From Acidobacteriota bacterium (GTDB taxonomy: Bacteria; Acidobacteriota; CAIWXX01): a DNA stretch of 64,000 nt. The DNA lies in contig JBFMAF010000015.1 in the NCBI GenBank assembly GCA_040755995.1, positions 1 to 64,000 of the forward strand, in the 5' to 3' direction. The notes beneath the pieces were generated by a model, which was not told the DNA's origin, made no database searches, and worked only from the letters and a program-made list of their open reading frames with translations. This document shows, one piece after another, positions 1 through 9,487 of this stretch. The first letter of the stretch is position 1. Each line of letters starts with the position of its first letter. A program made the translations under genes and the position numbers.

Positions 1-144
1 TCCCTCCAACCGCCTGCTCCGCCTCGCGCGCACTGCTCCGCTCCGTATTTCGGCGCTTCCCCACCGCCCAATCTCGACCGGGTCGCTTCCCACTTGGCGA
101 CTTGGCGACCTACATCGCAACAGCCTCGGGCAAACCTCCTGGAT

Positions 145-174
145 TTGACAACCTCCTCGCGCGTCTGATAGAAA
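145..174 (+). promoter_or_regulatory. Putative sigma70 promoter of the arginine catabolism cluster
   Basis: TTGACA (145-150), 18 nt spacer, TGa-TAGAAA extended -10 (166-174); AGGAG SD before the ATG at 238. Confidence 0.5.
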
Positions 175-237
175 GCCTGCCTCGCGTGGTTCACGAGTAG
201 CGAGCATACGACCGTGGTCATAGCAAGGTAGGAGTGC

Positions 238-1572
238 ATGCCTGAAAAGAAAATCAGAGTCCTCATTCTCGGGGCTGCCGGCCGCGATTTTCACAATTTT
301 AACCTCTGTTTCCGCGACAACCCGACCTACGATGTTGTGGCATTCACAGCCACCCAGATCCCCGATATCGAAGACCGGAAGTACCCGGCGACGCTGGCGG
401 GGAAGCTTTATCCGAAAGGCATCCCGATACTCGCCGAAGAAGACATGGTCGATCTGATCCTGAAGCATCGAATCGATCAGGTCATCTTCGCGTACTCGGA
501 TGTCATGCACGAGCACGTGATGCACAAGGCATCGGTCGCGATGGCATCCGGCGCCGATTTCCGCCTGATCGGGCCCAGGGCGACCATGCTGGAATCCTCC
601 GCGCCCGTCATCTCGATCTGCGCGGTGCGCACCGGATGCGGTAAGAGCCAGACCACGCGCCGCATCGCGGAGATCCTGCGCGCGATGGGGAAGCGGGTAG
701 TGGCAATCAGGCACCCGATGCCGTACGGCGACCTGGTGAAACAGCGCGTGCAGCGATTCGCCTCGCTCAAGGACATGGACAAGCACGAGTGCACGATTGA
801 GGAGCGGGAGGAATACGAGCCGCATATCGACAGGGGCTGCGTGGTCTACGCGGGTGTCGATTACGAGGCGATCTTGAGGGAGGCCGAGAAGGAAGCCGAC
901 GTTATCCTCTGGGACGGCGGCAACAACGACACTTCGTTCTACAAGCCCGACCTCGAGATCGTGGTGGTCGATCCTCATCGACCGGGCCATGAGCTGAAAT
1001 ATCACCCGGGCGAGACCAACTTCCGTCGCGCCCAGGTGATCGTGATCAACAAGATCGACAGCGCCGACAGCGCAAACGTCGAGACGGTGCGTCAGAATAT
1101 CCGCGCGGTCAATCCAAGAGCGACCGTGGTGGATGCGGCCTCACCTCTGGCAGTTGACTCGCCCGAGAAGATCAAAGGAAAGCGAGTGCTCGTGATCGAG
1201 GACGGCCCCACACTCACGCATGGCGAGATGCAGTACGGAGCCGGAGTGGTGGCGGCGAGGAAGTTCGGAGCCGCCGAGCTGGTCGATCCGCGGCCATACA
1301 CGGTCGGTACGATAACCGAGACGTTCAAGAAGTACCCGAAGATCGGGACGTTGCTGCCCGCCATGGGGTACGGCGAAGAGCAGGTGAAAGACCTGCAGAA
1401 GACCATCAACAAGACCCCCTGCGACGTGGTGCTGATCGCGACGCCCATCGACTTGAGAAGGCTGGTCAAGGTGAAGAAGCCGGCGCTGCGCGTTTCGTAC
1501 GACCTCCAGGAGATCGGCCGCCCAACCCTCGAGGACGTCATCCACGACTGGAGGTTCGAACGCCGGGCGTGA
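238..1572 (+). CDS. arcE: COG2403 P-loop NTPase (cyclic 2,3-diphosphoglycerate synthetase-like), probable arginine synthetase
   Basis: N-terminal GAAGRDFHNFN, P-loop AVRTGCGKS, RHPMPYG, TIEEREEYE, WDGGNND; directly upstream of carbamate kinase and OTCase. Confidence 0.8.
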   Translation: MPEKKIRVLILGAAGRDFHNFNLCFRDNPTYDVVAFTATQIPDIEDRKYPATLAGKLYPKGIPILAEEDMVDLILKHRIDQVIFAYSDVMHEHVMHKASVAMASGADFRLIGPRATMLESSAPVISICAVRTGCGKSQTTRRIAEILRAMGKRVVAIRHPMPYGDLVKQRVQRFASLKDMDKHECTIEEREEYEPHIDRGCVVYAGVDYEAILREAEKEADVILWDGGNNDTSFYKPDLEIVVVDPHRPGHELKYHPGETNFRRAQVIVINKIDSADSANVETVRQNIRAVNPRATVVDAASPLAVDSPEKIKGKRVLVIEDGPTLTHGEMQYGAGVVAARKFGAAELVDPRPYTVGTITETFKKYPKIGTLLPAMGYGEEQVKDLQKTINKTPCDVVLIATPIDLRRLVKVKKPALRVSYDLQEIGRPTLEDVIHDWRFERRA

Positions 1573-1575
1573 GCC

Positions 1576-2520
1576 ATGGCAAGACGGGTCGCTCTGATCG
1601 CTTTCGGCGGCAACGCGCTCATCAAGAGCAACGAGCGCGGCATCCAGAAGGAACAACTGCGCAACTCGGACGCCGCCGCCCGGCTAATGATGCGGATCAT
1701 CCGCAAGGGCTATGATCTCATCCTGGTCCACGGCAACGGCCCGCAGGTCGGGAACATCCTGATCCAGGTCGAAGAGGCCATCACGAAGGTGCCTCCGCTC
1801 AGCCTCGACATCTGTGTCGCCGAGACCGAAGGCAGCATGGGCTACATGCTCGAGCGATCGCTCACCAACGAGCTCCGCAAGGCCGGAATCGACCGCGAAG
1901 TCATCACGATCCTGACGCAGGTCATCGTGGACAAGGATGATCCCGCATTCGAAACCCCGAACAAACCGATCGGCCCCTTCTTCAGCAAGTACCGCGCGCA
2001 CGCGCTGATGAAGGAGAAGAAGTGGCAGATGGTCGAGGACGCAGGGCGGGGCTACCGGAAGGTCGTCGCGTCGCCACGCCCCATCGCCATCGTCCCCAGG
2101 GACGCTATCGCCAAGCTCGTCGCGGAAGGCAAGATCGTGATCGCCGCCGGAGGCGGTGGAATACCCGTGTACATCAACGGCCGCGGTCTGATCCAGGGCG
2201 TCGAGGCGGTGATCGACAAGGACCTGGCCAGCGCACTGATTGCCGCCGAGCTCAAGGTGGACCTCTACATCATTCTCACCGAGGTGGACATCGTCTACTT
2301 CAACTTCGGGAAGAAGAACCAGAAACCCCTGCCCGTGCTGAGCGTCAAAGACGCGAAGCGATACATGTCACAGGGGCAGTTCCCTCCCGGAAGCATGGGC
2401 CCCAAGATCCAGGCGGCGATCAACTACATCGAAGCGGGCGGGAAGGAAGTGCTGATCACGTCCGCTGAGAAGCTCGGCAGCGCCCTCCTCAAACGCGCCG
2501 GCACCCGCATCGTGCCCTAG
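1576..2520 (+). CDS. arcC: Carbamate kinase
   Basis: AFGGNAL, HGNGPQVG, GGGGIPV, GVEAVIDKD, GSMGPK motifs. Confidence 0.95.
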   Translation: MARRVALIAFGGNALIKSNERGIQKEQLRNSDAAARLMMRIIRKGYDLILVHGNGPQVGNILIQVEEAITKVPPLSLDICVAETEGSMGYMLERSLTNELRKAGIDREVITILTQVIVDKDDPAFETPNKPIGPFFSKYRAHALMKEKKWQMVEDAGRGYRKVVASPRPIAIVPRDAIAKLVAEGKIVIAAGGGGIPVYINGRGLIQGVEAVIDKDLASALIAAELKVDLYIILTEVDIVYFNFGKKNQKPLPVLSVKDAKRYMSQGQFPPGSMGPKIQAAINYIEAGGKEVLITSAEKLGSALLKRAGTRIVP

Positions 2521-2614
2521 GCGAGGCGCGGCCTCAGGCCGATGAAACACGCGAGGCCGCTTTGGCCGCGCCCCGCGCAGAGAGTAGGAAGTGGAGAGTC
2601 GAGAGTGGAGAGTG
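2521..2614. repeat. Dispersed GC-rich inverted repeat followed by heptamer-like tandem repeats (copy 1)
   Basis: GCGAGGCGCGGCC (2521-2533) / GGCCGCGCCCCGC (2564-2576), then GAGAGT(G/C)-type units; second copy at 20486. Confidence 0.75.
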
Positions 2615-2687
2615 GGCGCGATGCCAAGGCCCGAGCTGATGGAGTAGAATGGCGGGTCCGTGATAGAGAAGAGATAATGAGCAGGAG

Positions 2688-3623
2688 ATGATCATGAAAG
2701 TGAAAGATCTGGTTTCGATCCACGACCTGACCGAGGAAGAGGTCCAGGAAGTCTTCACGCTGTCGAAAGACGTTAAGGCGCAGCCCCAGAAGTATCGCGA
2801 CACGCTGCGTCACAAGACTCTGGCGATGGTGTTCGAGAAACCCTCGCTGCGCACCCGTGTGACGTTCGAGACCGGGATGACCCAGCTCGGGGGCCACGCG
2901 ATCTACCTCGCGCAGGACGTGGGCCTGGGCAAGCGCGAGACCGTGCGCGACATTGCAAAGAACCTCGAGCGATGGGTCGAAGGGGTGATGCTCCGCACGT
3001 TCGCGCACTCGACGGTCACGGAAATGGCCGCGCACGCGCGCGTGCCGGTCATCAACGGCCTGACGGATCTGCTGCACCCCTGCCAGGCACTCGCCGACTA
3101 CTTCACGATGATCGAGAAGTTCGGCAACTTGAAGGGGAGGAAGCTGGCCTATGTGGGCGACGGCAACAACGTGGCGCACTCGTTGATGTTCGGCGGAGCC
3201 AAGCTCGGTGTCGAGGTCCGGGTGGCGACGCCCGCCGGGTTCGAGCCCAATCCAGCGATCGTTGCCCAGGCCACCGAGGACGCCAAGCGTACAGGGGCGA
3301 AGATCGCAGTGCTGCAGGATCCGGCCGCCGCGGTCGCGGGTGTCGACGCCGTGTATACGGATGTCTGGGCGAGCATGGGTCAGGAGAGCCAGGCACAGGA
3401 CCGTGCGAAGATCTTCCCGCCATACCAGGTCAACGCGAGCCTGATGGCCAACGCGGCGCCTCACGCGGTGTTCCTGCACTGCCTTCCGGCGCACCGGAAC
3501 GACGAGGTCACCGACGAGGTGCTCGACGGCCCGCAGTCGGTCGTCCTGGACGAGGCCGAGAATCGGCTGCACGTTCAGAAGGCGATCATGATCCTGCTCA
3601 TGGCGAGGCGGGCCGGCGCGTGA
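2688..3623 (+). CDS. argF: Ornithine carbamoyltransferase (catabolic context, arcB-like)
   Basis: FEKPSLRTR, HPCQ, YTDVWASMG, FLHCLP motifs; AGGAG SD. Confidence 0.95.
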   Translation: MIMKVKDLVSIHDLTEEEVQEVFTLSKDVKAQPQKYRDTLRHKTLAMVFEKPSLRTRVTFETGMTQLGGHAIYLAQDVGLGKRETVRDIAKNLERWVEGVMLRTFAHSTVTEMAAHARVPVINGLTDLLHPCQALADYFTMIEKFGNLKGRKLAYVGDGNNVAHSLMFGGAKLGVEVRVATPAGFEPNPAIVAQATEDAKRTGAKIAVLQDPAAAVAGVDAVYTDVWASMGQESQAQDRAKIFPPYQVNASLMANAAPHAVFLHCLPAHRNDEVTDEVLDGPQSVVLDEAENRLHVQKAIMILLMARRAGA

Positions 3624-3706
3624 TGAGCGTCATACGAATTCCGAATGGGATCGTATATCATGGGTGAAAGGCGCACTCCCGGAGCGCCCTTGAGCAGAGA
3701 GGAGAG

Positions 3707-4903
3707 ATGGTGATGAGAAACGCGTGGTACATGCTGGTGGTGTTCGTGGCGACATCAGGCTGCCTGCTGGCGGCCGATCCCTACCCCGACGTGATCCAGG
3801 TACAGCCGACTACGGCGATGGCCGGCCAGGTCATCCCCAACTTCAAGGTGGTGGGCACTCACTTCGACAACTTCAAAGGGCTCGAGTTCAGGAAATCGTC
3901 CGGTCCCGACACGCTGATCAAGGTAACCAAGATCATAAAGAAGGACCCGGCGTACGTGATCGCCCAGGTCCAGATCCCTCAGAACGCGACCGGGAAGCGC
4001 GTGGTTGTCGTGAAGACAAGCGTCGGCGCGTCCGTGATCACGGCCAACGCCGACAACGGGTTCCAGATCACGCCGTACAAGGCCAAGGGCCCGGACCTCA
4101 AGATCAGCCAGATCCGCTGGGGCACCTTCGACGGAACGCTCCGTGTGTACGTGCAGAATGCGGGCGGCACGCCCGTGAAAAACTTCAAGGTGGATCTATA
4201 CCTCGGTGGGGCTATCAAGCAGCGGTACACGTTCGCGCCCACGCTGCCCGCAGGGTCGACCGTCCCGTTCGAGACCACTTCGCTCCAGATCCCGAAAACC
4301 GCCGGCACGTACATCGTGAAGGCCGTCGTCGATCCCGTCGGCCAGATCACCGAGACGAACGAGACGAACAACTCGCGGGAGACCACCTTCGTTCAGCCGG
4401 CGGATGAGTTGGTGATACCGTCAGGCACATTCGCGACCCCTTCGCTTGTCCGAAACAAGACGGCTCCGAATTTCACGCACAAGGACTACCGGACGAAGCC
4501 GCTCACGCTGTACGACTACCGCGGTAAACCGATACTGCTGGTGCTCGGCACGATGTGGTCCCTCTACACGCAGGTAGAGACCGCCGCTCTCAAGAGTATC
4601 TACAGCGAGTACTCATCCAAAGGCTTGGTCATCATCGAGGTCCTTTACGAAGACACGAGCAGCGCTAGTCCCAAGGATCCGACTCCGGAACTGCTCAAAG
4701 TGTGGACCGAAGCTAACGAGCTGCCCTTCCCTGCCCTGTCAGATACGCTTTACAGCGACTCGTCGCACAGTGCCTACATGCTGTACGCCTCGCAGTACCA
4801 GCCGATGAACTACTTCATCAGGAAGGACGGGACGATCTACAATCTGATCGAAGGGTTCTACGAGACCGCGATCCGCAATGCTGTGAAAGAAATCACCGAG
4901 TGA
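3707..4903 (+). CDS. Secreted protein: Ig-like domain, CARDB domain and C-terminal TlpA/thioredoxin-fold domain lacking CxxC
   Basis: Signal peptide; GPDLKI...VDPVGQITETNETNN (CARDB); APNFT...DYRGKPILL..W (redoxin-like). Confidence 0.7.
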   Translation: MVMRNAWYMLVVFVATSGCLLAADPYPDVIQVQPTTAMAGQVIPNFKVVGTHFDNFKGLEFRKSSGPDTLIKVTKIIKKDPAYVIAQVQIPQNATGKRVVVVKTSVGASVITANADNGFQITPYKAKGPDLKISQIRWGTFDGTLRVYVQNAGGTPVKNFKVDLYLGGAIKQRYTFAPTLPAGSTVPFETTSLQIPKTAGTYIVKAVVDPVGQITETNETNNSRETTFVQPADELVIPSGTFATPSLVRNKTAPNFTHKDYRTKPLTLYDYRGKPILLVLGTMWSLYTQVETAALKSIYSEYSSKGLVIIEVLYEDTSSASPKDPTPELLKVWTEANELPFPALSDTLYSDSSHSAYMLYASQYQPMNYFIRKDGTIYNLIEGFYETAIRNAVKEITE

Positions 4904-4972
4904 GGGGAGGTCCCCCGGGGCCATCGGCGGCTCCGAGCTTGGCGCCCGCGGGCGCGAGGAGGATGCCGGGGA

Positions 4973-6487
4973 ATGAACCGAAGGCACTTCCTCTCGGTGG
5001 CCGGCTCTTCGGTTCTCTCCGCGTGTTCCGCTCGCCGCCCCCATCGAGCGCTCCCGGGCGTGATCGTTGAGAGCTACCGCAGCGCTCCGAACTCGCTCGA
5101 TCCGACCGCCGCGTTCTCCGACGTCGCCCACGAGATGTTCGGCCGGATTTATTCGGGGTTGCTGAGGTACGACGCCGAGGGAAAGCTCGCTCCCGACCTG
5201 GCCCGCGAGTACACGGTCTCGCCGGAGGCCGTCCACCTTCGCATCGCAGAGAACGCGACATGGCACGACGGCCGGCCGGTGGTGGCAGCCGACATTGTCG
5301 AGAGCCTGCGACGATACGGATCGAGCGACTACCCGTTCTCGTCGAACTTCGGAGCCATCGGAGCCGTGGACGCGTCGCGATGGCCGCAGGTAGCAATTCA
5401 CCTGCGGCATCCCTCGTTCGCCATCCTCCACGCTCTCACAGCGCGCGTCGTGCCTGCGCACGTGCGCGATCTTCGCGAGAACCCGGTGGGATGTGGGTTC
5501 TACCGAGTCGTTGATCGCCACGCGGATGACCTCAAGCTGCGGGCGCACGCCGGCTATCACGGAGTGCCCGCCTCGATCGAGACCGTCCACTGTCGTACCG
5601 TTCCCGACCCCACGACCCAGTATCTCGAGCTGCTGGCCGGTGAGACCGATGTCGCCGAAATATCCGCCGACCTTCATCGAGAGGCATCGTCGGACAGCGC
5701 GCTTCTGCCGCGGCTCCGGCTTTTCTCCATCCAGAGCAAGGCTATCGAGTTTCTTTTCTTCAACGTGCAGCGCATCGCCGACAAGATCCTGCGCCAGGCG
5801 ATCGCGAGCTGTGTGGACCGGGACGAGATGGTCCGGTACCTGTATTGGGGCAACGGCCGCGTAGTCGACAGCCCGTTCTTGAATCCGTTCAATACTCAAG
5901 CGCGCATGGTTGGGCCGAATCCTGACGTCGCCCGGGCTCTCTTGAAACGGGCCGGATACGACCGAACGCCGGTCGGCGTGAAGCGGCGGGACGGCACGCA
6001 AGTCGAATTCTCGATCATCTACAATGCCGACAGCGTCAAGCGCGGCCAGGTCGCGCAAGTGGTACGGCAGTCGGTCTTACGCACGCTCGGGATTCAGGCC
6101 CGGGTCGTGCCGCTCGAACGCGGGCTTTTCGAGACCCTGCTGTTTCGTCGCGACTATGACTGTGCTGTCTACGGCTTCTCCTTCTCGGCGGACCCCGACG
6201 ACGTCGGCAACCTGTATCTCTCAGGGAGCGAGAACAACGTGACCGGATTCAAGAGCTCGGACGTGGACGAGCTGTTAGCGCGTGCACGCGACCTGCTCCC
6301 GGGGGACGTCAAGTCCGGCTGCTATGCCGAGATCGAGCGGATCCTCACCGAAGAGCTCCCGGCGCTCCCGCTGCTCAGCTACAACTTCCCCATCGCGGTC
6401 TCGCGCCGGATCAGCCTCTCGCCGCCTTCGATCATCGGCGACACCTACCGCTTCACTCGCGATCAGAACTTGTGGCGGCTGGCGTGA
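4973..6487 (+). CDS. ABC transporter substrate-binding protein, family 5 (peptide/nickel), Tat-type lipoprotein
   Basis: MNRRHFL...LSAC signal; SLDP, YSGLLRYD, PDLA, WHDGRPV.A.DI; no permease or ATPase adjacent. Confidence 0.85.
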   Translation: MNRRHFLSVAGSSVLSACSARRPHRALPGVIVESYRSAPNSLDPTAAFSDVAHEMFGRIYSGLLRYDAEGKLAPDLAREYTVSPEAVHLRIAENATWHDGRPVVAADIVESLRRYGSSDYPFSSNFGAIGAVDASRWPQVAIHLRHPSFAILHALTARVVPAHVRDLRENPVGCGFYRVVDRHADDLKLRAHAGYHGVPASIETVHCRTVPDPTTQYLELLAGETDVAEISADLHREASSDSALLPRLRLFSIQSKAIEFLFFNVQRIADKILRQAIASCVDRDEMVRYLYWGNGRVVDSPFLNPFNTQARMVGPNPDVARALLKRAGYDRTPVGVKRRDGTQVEFSIIYNADSVKRGQVAQVVRQSVLRTLGIQARVVPLERGLFETLLFRRDYDCAVYGFSFSADPDDVGNLYLSGSENNVTGFKSSDVDELLARARDLLPGDVKSGCYAEIERILTEELPALPLLSYNFPIAVSRRISLSPPSIIGDTYRFTRDQNLWRLA

Positions 6488-6515
6488 ACACACATGACCC
6501 CGTCTCCCGCTTCCT

Positions 6516-6776
6516 TCAATCGGTGTCCTGGTCGATCGGATCGGGGTAGAATTTCTTGATCCATTCATCGCAGAGGCTGTGACTGAAGGTAGCGTCCGTG
6601 TGTTGTGTGATGTAGGACTCGACCTGCTGCCAGTACCCCTTGTCGTTGCGGATCTTCTTGCAGCCCGCGCATATCGGCAGCATCCCGTCCAGTTTCTTGA
6701 TCCTGGCCATGGCATCGCGCAGCTGATTCACCAGCGACCGATAGAGGTCACGGGAGTGAGTGGTGCGGGCCTGCAC
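6516..6776 (-). pseudogene. Stand-alone or truncated LPICxxCKKIR zinc-finger-like domain normally C-terminal to receiver/PAS proteins
   Basis: LPICAGCKKIRNDKGYW..VESYI..H...FSHSLCDEW; the last Cys position is TGG; no signalling domain upstream. Confidence 0.5.
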
Positions 6777-6829
6777 CGATTCCTGTTGACTCTGCCGAAC
6801 TCACCGATCGTCAAGGTCGGTGTGGAACC

Positions 6830-7963
6830 TCATCGGTCCGTGGCCCCGCCTCGCTGGGAGTGAAGAACGCGGGCGAGGGCTCCCACGAACGCCTGCATCA
6901 CCTCGATCCTCGAGATCGTAACCCGGATGAAGTTCGGGAAGCGGAAGCCCGTCATTGTGCGTACCATGATGCCCTCGCGCATGAGCTTGCGATAGGCGAG
7001 GGTGTCGCTGATCGGCAGTTGGATCATCACGAAGTTGCCCTCGTGTGCCACGCAGCTCAGTCCCAGGCGGTTGAGCTCAGGGAGCAGGTAATCCTTGCCT
7101 TTGCGCACCATTTCTCGAGTCCGCTGCACGTGCTCGCGGTCCTCGACGGCGGCGAACGCCGCCTCCTGGGCCAGTGAGTTCACCGAGTAGACGATGCACG
7201 TGCGACGAATCGCGTCCACGAGCTGCCGGCCACCGGCCAGGTATCCGATGCGGAGACCGGCCAGCCCGTACATCTTCGAGAACGTTCTGAAGACCACCAG
7301 ATTGGGATACTCGTCGAACATCCTCATGCCGTCCGGGTAGTCATCCGCCTCGACAAACTCGAAATACGCTTCGTCCAGGACCACCACGCATCGTTCGCTG
7401 ATCGCGTCGAGGAACCGTCGAAGCCGATCGGTGCTCCAGTACGTTCCCGTAGGGTTGTTGGGGTTGCAGACGAAGACTACCTTCGTTCTCTCGTCGACGC
7501 GATCGAGCAACCCCTGATCGTCGAACGTGTAGTCCTTCAAGGGGACCAGCCGCGCTTCGATTCCGGAGAAATCGGCCACCCATTCGTAGACCGCGAACGT
7601 CTTGTCCGCAGTGATGATGTTGTCGCCCGGCTCGCAGAACGCCTTCATCACAAACGAGATGACCTCGTTGGCGCCGTTGCCGACGAGAAACTGCTCAGGA
7701 TGTTTGTCGAATCGCCCGGCCAGCTTCTCGCGCATGTAAAACGAGTCGCCGCTGGGATAGACCGCGGCGCGCGACGGCGCGAACCGTCGCAGCACTTCCT
7801 GCGCCGCGAGCGGAGGTCCGAGCGGATTCTCGTTGTTGTTGAGGCGGTAGAGACGCGAGGAGCCGTAAAGCTTCATCAACTCCGGGTCGGGCTTGTTGGG
7901 GACATACGGCTCGAATCGCTTGACGTACTCAGGCTGCAGACGTTCCAGCGCCCAATCGCTCAT
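6830..7963 (-). CDS. hisC: Histidinol-phosphate/aromatic aminotransferase family (PLP class II)
   Basis: LNNNENPLGP, CNPNNPTG, LDEAYFEF, RTFSKMYGLAGLRIGY; no other his genes nearby, so substrate is uncertain. Confidence 0.8.
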   Translation of the reverse strand: MSDWALERLQPEYVKRFEPYVPNKPDPELMKLYGSSRLYRLNNNENPLGPPLAAQEVLRRFAPSRAAVYPSGDSFYMREKLAGRFDKHPEQFLVGNGANEVISFVMKAFCEPGDNIITADKTFAVYEWVADFSGIEARLVPLKDYTFDDQGLLDRVDERTKVVFVCNPNNPTGTYWSTDRLRRFLDAISERCVVVLDEAYFEFVEADDYPDGMRMFDEYPNLVVFRTFSKMYGLAGLRIGYLAGGRQLVDAIRRTCIVYSVNSLAQEAAFAAVEDREHVQRTREMVRKGKDYLLPELNRLGLSCVAHEGNFVMIQLPISDTLAYRKLMREGIMVRTMTGFRFPNFIRVTISRIEVMQAFVGALARVLHSQRGGATDR

Positions 7964-7993
7964 TTCGTATGGCAGCCGCGCGCCGGAGCCGGC

Positions 7994-9322
7994 TCAACCA
8001 CCTCTGTGCTGAAAGACGACCAGGTCGCCCTCGCCGGCGTACGGCAGCAGCAGGCGGGGCTCGAATCCGCATTCCATCAACGCGGGGGCGAAATGGCAGT
8101 GCCAGGCCCTGCCGATGTCCATCTCGAAATAGATGTTCGGCAGGCCTTCTTTCTGTAACATGTTGACGTGGGCAGCGAGCGTTTCTCGAGAATCCCGCCC
8201 CCACCAAATCGGATGCAGTGTGGCCCGAGCCGCCTCACGATCGAGGCCGGCCGAGAGCACGGCGTACGCGGCAGCCTCCCCGTCATCCCGCACCGTCCGT
8301 ATCTCTCTGGCGAATGCGAGCCGTTCGTATTCGCGTCGCAAGAACGGCTCGATCGCAGGATCAGACCACACCGCAAGCCCCAGATCCTCTTCCAGGTGTC
8401 TGTAGTACAAAGCGTTCTCGTGCACACGCCCATCCTTCAGCCGGATCGTGACGGTACCCAGGGGTTCGAAGAACCCTGCTGCCAGGTCAGATGCGAGCGA
8501 GTGGCTGATGATTCCAATGGCAGGTGTCCTGGCGATCGAAGTCAGGCATGCATCCACCAGGGCCTTTCCCACACCCGACTCGATCGTCTGAGCGAACAGG
8601 TACGGGCCGAACGACTGCACCAGCTTAGATCCTCGCCAGCGCCAGACGATCCCTCCACCCACGCTTCCACCTCGATCCACCGCGATGGCCGCGCGCAGCT
8701 CGCCGCACGAAACCATGTCGGCGATCTTGCCAGGCGAGCGGAAGCTGAAGGGTATGGCCTGTGGAGGGTAGTCTCGCAGCACCAGACGCACGCAAAGCTT
8801 CACCTCCTCAGGATCAGGTTCTCTGATCGCGAACATGCTTAGCGGCTTGGACTCCGGCAGCGGCAAGGCTTCCACCGCCGGGTATGAGCGCTCTTTGACC
8901 AGGGTGATCCGGAGGCGCCGGCCGTCCTGTGAGAAGTGGAACCGATCGACCATTCGAGAAGCGATCACCAGCCCCGTCTCCTCCAGCGACTCGTCCGCCC
9001 GGCGGGCGACGCGCGACGTCAGGTTGAACGCCTGCATGTTGAACTCGCGCGCCTCGAATCCAAAGTCCACTTCGACGTAATACCCGCCGCCGCGGCTGGC
9101 GAGGCTGATCAAGGCCCCGGGACTTGCTTTGTGACAGACGTACGTGAAGATCTCCTCGGAAGCGAGCGTGAGATCGAGCGCAGCGCGCTCGTCCAGGCCG
9201 AGCGCCAGCGATGCCTTCTCGACGAACGACGTCGCCACCTGCAGAAAGCGGTCGTCCGCGTTGACGGTTAAGCGGAGGCCCCTGCTCGGAACAGACAAGT
9301 CTTTTCCTCTCGGCCACCCCAC
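7994..9322 (-). CDS. Hypothetical protein: degenerate RsbW/HATPase_c-like N-terminal domain plus GNAT-like region
   Basis: LTLASEEIF and GLVIASRMVDRF resemble the anti-sigma kinase fold; GVGKALV resembles GNAT motif A; start uncertain. Confidence 0.55.
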   Translation of the reverse strand: MGWPRGKDLSVPSRGLRLTVNADDRFLQVATSFVEKASLALGLDERAALDLTLASEEIFTYVCHKASPGALISLASRGGGYYVEVDFGFEAREFNMQAFNLTSRVARRADESLEETGLVIASRMVDRFHFSQDGRRLRITLVKERSYPAVEALPLPESKPLSMFAIREPDPEEVKLCVRLVLRDYPPQAIPFSFRSPGKIADMVSCGELRAAIAVDRGGSVGGGIVWRWRGSKLVQSFGPYLFAQTIESGVGKALVDACLTSIARTPAIGIISHSLASDLAAGFFEPLGTVTIRLKDGRVHENALYYRHLEEDLGLAVWSDPAIEPFLRREYERLAFAREIRTVRDDGEAAAYAVLSAGLDREAARATLHPIWWGRDSRETLAAHVNMLQKEGLPNIYFEMDIGRAWHCHFAPALMECGFEPRLLLPYAGEGDLVVFQHRGG

Positions 9323-9487
9323 TATAACAGAATGTTCTGCACCTGCCCAAGCAGCCAGGGCGGACAGATCTGCTTGCCCAATGTGCCCGGCAAGTCCGAT
9401 TGCGTGGCGGTCACCTGCGTGCTGCTGTGGGACTCGGTATGCGCGATCGCGCGCGGTGTCATCGCATCCTCGTCTATAGAGCGCGAC

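Noticed and set aside
3632..3656. Imperfect palindrome ATACGA...TCGTAT after argF
   Set aside because: Could be an operator or a weak hairpin; single instance and no regulator can be assigned
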